DNA of 64,000 nucleotides from a virus. Lineage: Duplodnaviria; Caudoviricetes. Position numbers and translations under genes: made by a program. The notes beneath the pieces are model-generated. The model worked only from the letters and a program-made list of their open reading frames with translations, was not told where the DNA came from and did not search any database. How positions within the stretch are numbered: position 1 is the stretch's first letter; every line of letters begins with the position of its first letter. Positions 56,794-64,000 of this stretch are shown one piece after another. The DNA lies in IMG/VR virus record IMGVR_UViG_3300013121_000047, positions 96,001 to 160,000 of that record; one strand, given 5' to 3'.

Positions 56794-58503
56794 TTATGAC
56801 TGGTTTTTTGTCGTGTCAAGTGTGAGCCGCGCGAGGGTGCCCATTACGATTAGGTTAGCAGTTGTCCAAACAAACATTGCAAACCAACCAAAAGGAGCGG
56901 AATGAAGACCTGAAACAAATGTTCCAAGTAAGTATCCTGCTGTACCGAGCGAGAACCCACCAATAGCAGGTCGCAAGTTTTTACGACTGTAGAACATTGC
57001 AGCTAATGCAATTGGCAGGAAAGCGCTTCCAAGCGGCAAGAACTGGTGAATAAAACTATTTGTAAACATAGTCAAGTCACCAGGCGGTCTTGAAATTATT
57101 TCAAGACCAGGAATTGAACTTGGTAAGAACCAAGGAAGGAAAAACAAACCAACAGAAGAGATTAGTGCAGGAGCAATCCACTTTTGCGGAGATTCAAGTT
57201 TTCCTTTCTTTTGTTTGATTAACGTTGAAACAATTCCAAGCATCAACAGAAGAGACAAACCTCGGTAAACAACTTGTCTGTTTTTAATTCCAGACAAAGC
57301 AGATTCTGCACTCGCAATTCCAGCACCATACAATTCGGGGTTTGAATCTCCATGTTGCGGAGTTTGTGCAGTTGATCTTAAAATACGTTCAACTGAATCT
57401 ACGTTTGTAACACCTTGAGACATTATCAATGCTGCAATTCCTGCAACGTGCGGGGTAGCCATTGAAGTTCCAGACCATGCCGCAAATTGTTCGCAACCAC
57501 CTGTTCCATGTTCGCAAATTGTTTGTTGGAGAATATTAACTCCAGGGGCAGCAATATCTACTTCTGGTCCTCTTGACGAGAATTGAGCAATTGTATCACC
57601 TTCGCCAATTGCACTTACAGCAAAGGCACCCTCTTCGTTTGCGGGAGATTCAACATATCTCCCATTGTTTCCCGCGGCACAAATTACAACCGTACCCTTT
57701 GAACGGGCATAAGCAATAGCTTCTGCCATTACTCGGTTTCTCGGGCCACCACCTAATGAAAGGTTGATAACATGGGCACCTTGATCGGCAGCGAATCGGA
57801 TACCTTCCGCAACATCGACAAGCGAACCAGAACCTCTGTAGTCGAGGACTTTGACAGGAATAATTGTTGCACAGTGTGCAATTCCCGCTACACCAATTCC
57901 ATTGTTTGTTGACTGCGCAATTGTTCCCGCAACGTGCGATCCGTGCCCTTGATCGTCATTTGCGTGTTCGTCGTCGTTTACAAAATCCCAACCAGCAACA
58001 CAGTTTGTTGTTTTAAGATCGGAAAGTTGTGTAAACTCTCCGTATGTTTCACAAGCAACACCAGTATCAATTACGGCGACTCTAATACCTCGTCCACAGG
58101 TTGTATTCCACGCGCGTTCCACACCAACGCGATGCAATCCCCATTGACGAGAATATTGCGGATCATTTGGCGTGAAAAAAGCGTGCATTTCTTGGTTTTG
58201 ATCTGCCGCTTGCACGTTTCGATTTGTTTGAAGTTGTCGCACAATACGTTGTCCAACGTCCTGTGGAGCACTAAAAACATAAATTCGATCTTCTCCAACC
58301 ATTCGAGGACTGTTTGCCCTCAAACTAATTCCATATTGGGAAGCGACTTCATTGACCGTTTCTTGAGAAACGGAATCGTTAAAGTCCACTACGAATTCGT
58401 CTTGCTGTGGATGATTTACTCCACCGAAAGTTTGAGCTTGAGCACTTACCGAAGCAAGCATTAGAGCCAAACCGCACGAAAGCATCACCGTTTTTGTTTT
58501 CAT
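56794..58503 (-). CDS. Subtilisin-like S8 serine protease with signal peptide and C-terminal TM domain
   Basis: VIDTG, HGSHVAG, AAGN, GTSMATP; 4-5 C-terminal TM helices. Confidence 0.92.
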   Translation of the reverse strand: MKTKTVMLSCGLALMLASVSAQAQTFGGVNHPQQDEFVVDFNDSVSQETVNEVASQYGISLRANSPRMVGEDRIYVFSAPQDVGQRIVRQLQTNRNVQAADQNQEMHAFFTPNDPQYSRQWGLHRVGVERAWNTTCGRGIRVAVIDTGVACETYGEFTQLSDLKTTNCVAGWDFVNDDEHANDDQGHGSHVAGTIAQSTNNGIGVAGIAHCATIIPVKVLDYRGSGSLVDVAEGIRFAADQGAHVINLSLGGGPRNRVMAEAIAYARSKGTVVICAAGNNGRYVESPANEEGAFAVSAIGEGDTIAQFSSRGPEVDIAAPGVNILQQTICEHGTGGCEQFAAWSGTSMATPHVAGIAALIMSQGVTNVDSVERILRSTAQTPQHGDSNPELYGAGIASAESALSGIKNRQVVYRGLSLLLMLGIVSTLIKQKKGKLESPQKWIAPALISSVGLFFLPWFLPSSIPGLEIISRPPGDLTMFTNSFIHQFLPLGSAFLPIALAAMFYSRKNLRPAIGGFSLGTAGYLLGTFVSGLHSAPFGWFAMFVWTTANLIVMGTLARLTLDTTKNQS

Positions 58504-58521
58504 TTTTCGACCTCGTGTGTC

Positions 58522-58549
58522 AGTATAAGGCGCGCAGGCGGGCTGTCAA
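58522..58549 (-). promoter_or_regulatory. Sigma70-type promoter for the S8 protease
   Basis: TTGACA-16 nt-TATACT, then GAGG RBS. Confidence 0.7.
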
Positions 58550-58579
58550 GTCGGCACCAAACACGAGATTTAAGGAATT

Positions 58580-58825
58580 TTACTCTTCTAATTTTTCACA
58601 CTTATATAAACCCTTTATATAAGCATGAAAATATTTTCCTTTACTTTCTGAGTTTTTAAATTCTTCCCAAGTTTCTTCTGGAACACCTTTGTAAAGATAT
58701 GCTTTACCAGTTGTTTTAAACCAAATTGTTAATTGGTGATAAAGTTGGCTATATTCTGCTTTTGTTAAAAGCTTGCTTGATTCTGAGTCTAGTTTTTCTG
58801 TTGTTAGAATATCGATCATTGACAT
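58580..58825 (-). CDS. KTSC domain protein
   Basis: SS...AEY...L.I.FK.G..Y.Y.GVP...SKGKYF..IKG.Y. Confidence 0.85.
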   Translation of the reverse strand: MSMIDILTTEKLDSESSKLLTKAEYSQLYHQLTIWFKTTGKAYLYKGVPEETWEEFKNSESKGKYFHAYIKGLYKCEKLEE

Positions 58826-58849
58826 GATTAGTTATTGTCCTTTTGTAGT

Positions 58850-59252
58850 TTATAAAAAACTAACTTCTATTTTTGGTATGTCTATTACTTTTGGATAACC
58901 AGAGTATTTTACATATTTTTTGAAATAAGATTCAGGCATATAAAAAGTTTCTATTAAATTTAGTTGAGCCATTTTTTTCATATAAAATATGATTTCTTGA
59001 GAAGAAAATCGTTGTGGAGACTTATTTACACAGGAAAAATACTCAATCCACGGGACATTAAATTCTTTTTTAAAAAGATTACCAAACAATGACTTCATTT
59101 TTCTTGGAGAAAGAACTCTTTGAATCACAAACTTAAAACTAGGATTTATATTAGCAGATGTGGACATTTCATAATTTTCATATAAACAAAATTTTTTTTT
59201 TGGAAAAACTATAAAAAATAATCTCCGTTGTAAAATGTTTATTTTTATTCAC
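58850..59252 (-). pseudogene. SPRK-family paralog with frameshift in an A10 tract (or shortened CDS 58850-59167)
   Basis: GTG 59252 VNKNKHF... is out of frame with the rest; removing one A at 59192-59201 restores colinearity with 59249-59641. Confidence 0.65.
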
Positions 59253-59641
59253 CAAGAAACCTCTATTTTTGGTATGTCTATTGCTTTTGGATAACCTGAA
59301 TGTTTTATATATTGTCTAAAGTTTAATTCGGGAATATAAATAGAATTTCCAACAAATTTTTTCGTATCAAATATAACTTCCTCTAAAAGAAATAATTCTG
59401 GATTATGGTTTTGAACATTTACCACTTCAACCCACGGTACATCAAATTTTTTATCCTTAAAAATATTACCAAACAAATTTTTCATTTTTCTTGGAGAAAG
59501 AACTCTTAGAATAAGGAAACAAAAATTTGGATCTGTTATTGGAGATGTAAGTAAATTATAATTTTCAGATAAGAAAAATTTTTTTATATAAGAATCATAA
59601 GAAATAACATCTGTTATAATATGTTTGTTTTTATTCACCAA
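59249..59641 (-). CDS. SPRK-family hypothetical
   Basis: VLSPRK...IPKIEV. Confidence 0.65.
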   Translation of the reverse strand: MVNKNKHIITDVISYDSYIKKFFLSENYNLLTSPITDPNFCFLILRVLSPRKMKNLFGNIFKDKKFDVPWVEVVNVQNHNPELFLLEEVIFDTKKFVGNSIYIPELNFRQYIKHSGYPKAIDIPKIEVSW

Positions 59642-60015
59642 AAAACCTCTATTTTTGGAATTTTAATCCAAGGACTAGGTTTAATAAACTTTATTATTCG
59701 TTTATAGGTTTGAAACGATACAAATAACGTATCTGCGGATTCTTCTATTTGATCAAGATCATGAAATAACCAAGCTATTTGGATCAAATAATCTTCATTT
59801 TTTAATGAAAATGATTTTTGAAATTTTCTAGGTGAAAAAATTTCTTTTTCTTTAATTCCTGGTGCACTTGATTTTTGGTCAGAACAAAATTTCCAAATCC
59901 TAAGTTTATATTCTTTACAAAAATATGGATATTTCTCGTTTGGTTGTAACGCATATGCAGGAAAAGATATTCCTCGCTCTTCTGCCAACCAATTATTGAC
60001 TCTAACATATTTCAT
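59635..60015 (-). CDS. SPRK-family hypothetical
   Basis: IFSPRK...IPKIEV. Confidence 0.65.
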   Translation of the reverse strand: MKYVRVNNWLAEERGISFPAYALQPNEKYPYFCKEYKLRIWKFCSDQKSSAPGIKEKEIFSPRKFQKSFSLKNEDYLIQIAWLFHDLDQIEESADTLFVSFQTYKRIIKFIKPSPWIKIPKIEVFW

Positions 60016-60383
60016 ATTAAACTTACCTCTATTTTTGGAATTTGAATAAATAAATCTGGTTTTGCAAAAGAAATTAATTTTTCATATTCTTTAACAGACA
60101 TTAAAAGGGGTTCGGTGTCAAATTCAATATCATTATTTTGTTTCGAATAGAGCATCTCTTTTCTTTCAGAGAATTTAAAATCAAACAAAATTAAAGGAAA
60201 AGGTTTGTTTGCAAGAAAATATTTCTTTTGCTTTCTCGAAGAGAAAATATCATATTCTTTCAATAAAAGATAATTTAGTTTATCGTACTCCGAATAAATT
60301 TTCACTTTTAAATCATTTTCAATGAATTTTTTTGTATAATACGAACTTGAATATTCAAAAATTTTAAAGGTTTTTACTATCAT
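60012..60383 (-). CDS. SPRK-family hypothetical
   Basis: IFSSRK...IPKIEV. Confidence 0.65.
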   Translation of the reverse strand: MIVKTFKIFEYSSSYYTKKFIENDLKVKIYSEYDKLNYLLLKEYDIFSSRKQKKYFLANKPFPLILFDFKFSERKEMLYSKQNNDIEFDTEPLLMSVKEYEKLISFAKPDLFIQIPKIEVSLI

Positions 60384-60777
60384 AACTCACTTCAATTCTC
60401 GGTATTTTTATATGAAAATATGGATCGACCAATTTTATGAATTTATTATAGTCTTTACTTTTTAAAAAAAAGTCAGGGTAACTTTGATTCTTGAGTCGTT
60501 CGATGAATTCATTGAAGCAATCTTGCTCCATTTTTTTATGGAGATAAAACCAAGCAATCGAAATTAATGATTCATTAGAATGAAAATTGAATTTCTGTAA
60601 AATTTTTCTGGGAGAAAGAACTTCTTGTTCTTTCAGAATCACAATTTCAGTTAATTTACCATAAACAAGATCTTGATAAGTGAATTTAGATTCAATTAAT
60701 TTCTGATTATTTAATCTGTAATAAATGAAGCACTGTTTAGTTTTATTAGATGATTTAGTCATAGAAACTCTATCCAT
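60364..60777 (-). CDS. SPRK-family hypothetical
   Basis: VLSPRK...IPRIEV. Confidence 0.65.
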   Translation of the reverse strand: MDRVSMTKSSNKTKQCFIYYRLNNQKLIESKFTYQDLVYGKLTEIVILKEQEVLSPRKILQKFNFHSNESLISIAWFYLHKKMEQDCFNEFIERLKNQSYPDFFLKSKDYNKFIKLVDPYFHIKIPRIEVSYDSKNL

Positions 60778-61163
60778 TCTCCATTAGAGTTAAATAACTT
60801 ATCACTATTAGTTTTAAATGATTTCCAAAGTCGTTTTGCCTCTTTTGACTGATTTTGAGAAGACCAAAGTTTTAGTCCATATTTTGTTTTCAACCAAATT
60901 GCCGCAATTTTATAAAGTTTTTTTCCATAGCCTTTTCCACGAAATTCTTTTTCGATAAAAGAAAAATCAACATATGGTTTGTATAACGCATTTTCTTTCC
61001 ACCATTTAATATACGAAGGTCGTTCTTCTATTTTAGAAAGTCTTTCCAAACTCACTTCTGTTGGCACTATAACAGTAACAAAACCCACTTCTATTTGATC
61101 TAAAATTAAATGAAATGAATATTTTTCAATTAATGGAAACGCGCTTATAAATATTCTTTCCAT
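60759..61163 (-). CDS. GNAT acetyltransferase
   Basis: IEKEFRGKGYGKKLY, QSKEAKRLW. Confidence 0.75.
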   Translation of the reverse strand: MERIFISAFPLIEKYSFHLILDQIEVGFVTVIVPTEVSLERLSKIEERPSYIKWWKENALYKPYVDFSFIEKEFRGKGYGKKLYKIAAIWLKTKYGLKLWSSQNQSKEAKRLWKSFKTNSDKLFNSNGEWIEFL

Positions 61164-61203
61164 AGAGAGAATATTGCGTTTCCAAAAATGAAAGTCAATA
61201 AGA

Positions 61204-61239
61204 GAAATGCCTGGAGAGAAAATTCTCTCCAGGCATTTC
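61204..61239 (-). terminator. Perfect 17-bp inverted repeat, probable intrinsic terminator
   Basis: GAAATGCCTGGAGAGAA-AA-TTCTCTCCAGGCATTTC just downstream of 61266-61637. Confidence 0.7.
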
Positions 61240-61265
61240 AGCCACCCAACTTAAAATCGAGTTAA

Positions 61266-61637
61266 TTAAACTCGTTCTGACTTCATTGGCTTAATGTATT
61301 TAACGAAGAAAGCTCCCGCAGATTCTCGTCTGCGCCAATTTTGAACAATTTGTTTTGGTGTAGATCGGTACAAATATCTAGATCCATCCTTCATGGTAAC
61401 TGTTAAGTTACCAACATCGGAATTTGTTTTCGATGCAACCCAACGAAAATCGGTAACAACAGAAGATCCTTTAAAGGATTCTTGAATGAAAAGAGAAGCT
61501 CTTGTTCTCTTTGTATTTGTTGCTTTTGTTTTGGTTGAAGCCGTTTTCGCAGCTGGTTTATGCGAGGTTTTCGAAACCTTTCGCGAGGCAGACTTTGTTG
61601 TTGTTTTTTTTGCAGATTTCATATTTGTTTTCTTCAT
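61266..61637 (-). CDS. KTSC domain protein with Lys/Thr/Ser/Ala-rich basic N-tail
   Basis: SAKKTTTKSASRK... then SS...L.V..KDG..Y.Y...SAGAFF..IK. Confidence 0.75.
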   Translation of the reverse strand: MKKTNMKSAKKTTTKSASRKVSKTSHKPAAKTASTKTKATNTKRTRASLFIQESFKGSSVVTDFRWVASKTNSDVGNLTVTMKDGSRYLYRSTPKQIVQNWRRRESAGAFFVKYIKPMKSERV

Positions 61638-61661
61638 TTGTGCTGTCTTTCTAGGGCGAGT

Positions 61662-61689
61662 ATTGTAACCACCGCAGAGGCACCGTCAA
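61662..61689 (-). promoter_or_regulatory. Sigma70-type promoter
   Basis: TTGACG-16 nt GC-rich spacer-TACAAT upstream of 61637. Confidence 0.65.
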
Positions 61690-61713
61690 GCACGAATCGT
61701 TATTCCGAATTTC

Positions 61714-61953
61714 TTATTCTTCACCGTGCTTATACAAGTACTCTTTAAACCTTTGGGAGACTAAGTTTAATTCAGCTTGAGTTAAACCAATCTCATCAGT
61801 GTTACCAGAGCCTATGTAAACAAAATACATCTCAGAAAATCTTTGTCTAGGATTACCAAAATCATCACTAACTAATATAGTTCTGGCTTTTATTATCATA
61901 TTCTGTTTTTCAGCAATTACATCATCACGCAATGTTGTTTTCTTCATTAACAA
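61714..61953 (-). CDS. Hypothetical protein
   Basis: 79 aa, coupled to upstream gene. Confidence 0.45.
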   Translation of the reverse strand: MLMKKTTLRDDVIAEKQNMIIKARTILVSDDFGNPRQRFSEMYFVYIGSGNTDEIGLTQAELNLVSQRFKEYLYKHGEE

Positions 61954-62293
61954 TTTCCATTTCTTCTAAATTATTATCTTTAATTGATTCCTCTTCTAAT
62001 GTCTTCTCATCTAGCATTTTTTTTATTGCTAAAAATGAGTAACCGTTTATATCAAAGTATGCATCCAAGCATCCTTCTTCTGGAGGAAGTAAACTACTGT
62101 TTGCTATTCTTGAAAGCTTATCAAGGACTCTTATAATAAACATCACATGTTGATATTGGTCATCTACAATTCCATCAGGAAATAAAAGTTTTAAATGTTC
62201 GGATGTTTTATTAAAACTTCCGCCATATGCTCTATTCTTTTTTTCTAGTAATTCTGCTTGCTTTAGCGCAATCTCTCGAAAACTCTTGGTCAT
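61925..62293 (-). CDS. DUF1599-like nucleotide-modification-associated protein
   Basis: LLEKKNRAYGGSF...IRVLDKLSRI...DAYFDINGY. Confidence 0.7.
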   Translation of the reverse strand: MTKSFREIALKQAELLEKKNRAYGGSFNKTSEHLKLLFPDGIVDDQYQHVMFIIRVLDKLSRIANSSLLPPEEGCLDAYFDINGYSFLAIKKMLDEKTLEEESIKDNNLEEMEIVNEENNIA

Positions 62294-62333
62294 GTTGGAT
62301 ATCTACAACAGAAAAAAGTGCACGTCAATGGCT

Positions 62334-62687
62334 CTAAAAATTGATGCAAATTGACGATTCTGATATTTTTATTCCGTTTCTTTTTAAGAAATTTAATGAT
62401 TTTCTAGTGAAAAATCTAATATGAGAGTTATCTCCAAAAGAAACTTCGACGACGTAAACATGAGAAATACATCTTGTTTTTTTTATAGTATTTATAATTT
62501 CATCATATCTTTTCTTAGAAATCAGTTTTTGAGCCAATTTATTGTTTGCAATCGAAATCCATTTTCGAATGGATAAAACTGATTTCACCGAAAGTGACAT
62601 TTTTTTATTTAAAGGTACTATTAAAGTTTTTAACTTATCATTCAAATATTCGTAGTAAGTTTTATTATTTTCAGATAATGCCTTCAT
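62334..62687 (-). CDS. Hypothetical (possible distant SPRK family)
   Basis: SVLSIRKW. Confidence 0.45.
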   Translation of the reverse strand: MKALSENNKTYYEYLNDKLKTLIVPLNKKMSLSVKSVLSIRKWISIANNKLAQKLISKKRYDEIINTIKKTRCISHVYVVEVSFGDNSHIRFFTRKSLNFLKRNGIKISESSICINF

Positions 62688-62952
62688 TTTTTTTCAACTC
62701 AGGAAGATTGATGTATACTACTATTATTGTGTACTTGCCTCTCATTGTTTGAGATTCTTTCAAATAATCGCAAATTGCAATTTCGGCATCAGCCCAAGAT
62801 TCAAACAGTGGATCTGTTTTACCGTTTATAGTAACGGCCTCAAAAAATTCATTAACAATTCTAAATTTCTTTTGTGGAGTAAGCTTAAAACTATGCGAAC
62901 TAATTTTTCTTGGCGATAAATCATTCGATAGTGGTTTCAACTTATTTTCCAT
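62671..62952 (-). CDS. Hypothetical protein
   Basis: 93 aa, operonic. Confidence 0.45.
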   Translation of the reverse strand: MENKLKPLSNDLSPRKISSHSFKLTPQKKFRIVNEFFEAVTINGKTDPLFESWADAEIAICDYLKESQTMRGKYTIIVVYINLPELKKNEGII

Positions 62953-62965
62953 TTATTTTTAAATA

Positions 62966-63364
62966 CTAATAGTTTACTTTAATTGTTGGTATAGGTTTTA
63001 TTATTTTTTTAGACTCAAGAAAATCATAACATTCTGCAAAAATAAAAAAATATTGTTTGAGGGATTTTAGTTCGTACATTATAGTTGGAAAATAAAAATC
63101 AATTATTTCTTTTTCATCTCTGTATTTTCCCATATCATTTATTTGATAAACATCTTCGAAAAATCTTTTAACTTTTCTTTTAGAAATGACTTTAACAGGA
63201 ACTAAATCTTTTATCTCATCTTTCGTTAAGGATATTATATTAAAAAAACATTCACTTTCATCTTTTATAATCTCAAAAAACATTGTATATGATGTTTCTT
63301 TACCAACTTTAGAAATACAACTTTTAATTTGTTGTCTAGTAAGCATAATAAACACCACCTTCAA
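62966..63364 (-). CDS. Hypothetical (distant SPRK family)
   Basis: VISKRK...PIPTIKV. Confidence 0.5.
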   Translation of the reverse strand: MKVVFIMLTRQQIKSCISKVGKETSYTMFFEIIKDESECFFNIISLTKDEIKDLVPVKVISKRKVKRFFEDVYQINDMGKYRDEKEIIDFYFPTIMYELKSLKQYFFIFAECYDFLESKKIIKPIPTIKVNY

Positions 63365-63383
63365 TAATAAATAATATCAAAAA

Positions 63384-63710
63384 TTATTTATCTGGTGCCA
63401 TTATTGTGATAATATGTTTTGTAAAATCTTTTATGTTATTAAGAGCATCTGGTTTAAGACTTAATTCAAAACATACTATCGAAACTAACGCTTCAATATC
63501 AAAATAGATATTGAACATTGCTAAAGAAACTATCAAAGTATAAAAAACTGTATTAAGATTAATCGCACTTTGCAACATTTTCTCACTGGAGAGTGAAACG
63601 CTCTTGAAATGGCTTTGAAGTTCTTTTATTTTTTCAATAGAAAAACTTTTCTGAAAGTCAGTTAAGTCATCAAACAGGCCAGATTCTTCAAGAAGTTCTA
63701 TAGAATCCAT
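63384..63710 (-). CDS. Hypothetical protein
   Basis: 108 aa, coupled to HDAC gene. Confidence 0.45.
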   Translation of the reverse strand: MDSIELLEESGLFDDLTDFQKSFSIEKIKELQSHFKSVSLSSEKMLQSAINLNTVFYTLIVSLAMFNIYFDIEALVSIVCFELSLKPDALNNIKDFTKHIITIMAPDK

Positions 63711-64000
63711 TTCTTTGCCTCCGATAAAGTATTTTTATGAACTTCAAGTACAGTTTCAAAATTTTTATGATACCCACCTGCAAGATTCCAGGCTACAGGA
63801 ATTTTATTTTCTTTAGCAAATTGAAAAACAATTTCATCTCGCTTTTTAAGTTCTTCTGTTGTAAAATATCCTCCATACGGATCTTCTATATGCGGGTCTG
63901 CACCAGACTGGTAAAGTATCAAATCGCAATATTTTGCATATTTATTTAAATCTTCCTTAAGAAGAACTTCAAATTCATAAAAAAGATTTTTTCTGTTTAA
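63698..64000 (-). CDS. Histone deacetylase-family protein, C-terminal part
   Basis: Frame open to window edge; ILYQSGADPH..DP.G...RD..V...AGGY. Confidence 0.85.
   Translation of the reverse strand, partial: LNRKNLFYEFEVLLKEDLNKYAKYCDLILYQSGADPHIEDPYGGYFTTEELKKRDEIVFQFAKENKIPVAWNLAGGYHKNFETVLEVHKNTLSEAKKWIL

Noticed and set aside
1732-63949. Numerous short antisense or nested ORFs in the track (e.g. 1851-2396, 8312-8602, 47480-47776, 57934-58464)
   Set aside because: They lie opposite well-supported genes and show no motifs; treated as shadow ORFs.
1-64000. Stop-codon reassignment (TAG/TGA), known in some huge phages
   Set aside because: Conserved genes are full length in code 11 and all three stops terminate genes. 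The dnaE fragmentation is explained by intein halves in different frames.
1-64000. tRNA or rRNA genes
   Set aside because: Intergenic gaps are short and no cloverleaf/T-loop pattern was recognised by eye; tRNAscan-SE would confirm.

Overview
AT-rich (~28-30% GC by eye), gene-dense, mostly minus-strand segment that reads as a jumbo/huge tailed phage genome in standard code 11. It carries tail morphogenesis genes (tape measure, gp26-like chaperone) and nucleotide metabolism genes (tdk, thyA, folA). It also has translation/N-terminal processing genes (ileS, def, map, pth2), a SWIM-SNF2 ATPase, a ~17 kb nucleotide-sugar/glycosyl-/methyltransferase cluster, three tnpB-only IS200/IS605-family elements and two expanded paralog families. 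The standout feature is a DNA polymerase III alpha (DnaE) broken into at least four separately encoded polypeptides. These must be joined by three different split inteins plus one nested cis intein. Two catalytic aspartates sit in a 6-residue micro-extein, and the N-terminal piece is absent from the window. The second signal is a set of unrelated proteins (two kinases, a GNAT, an ART-like protein and others) that share an N-terminal ...[F/Y/L]-I-[F/Y]-E motif resembling the T4 capsid-targeting sequence. Many of these genes are preceded by a TAnTTA motif, suggesting a late-expressed, virion-packaged effector cargo. All calls come from motif reading; no searches were run.
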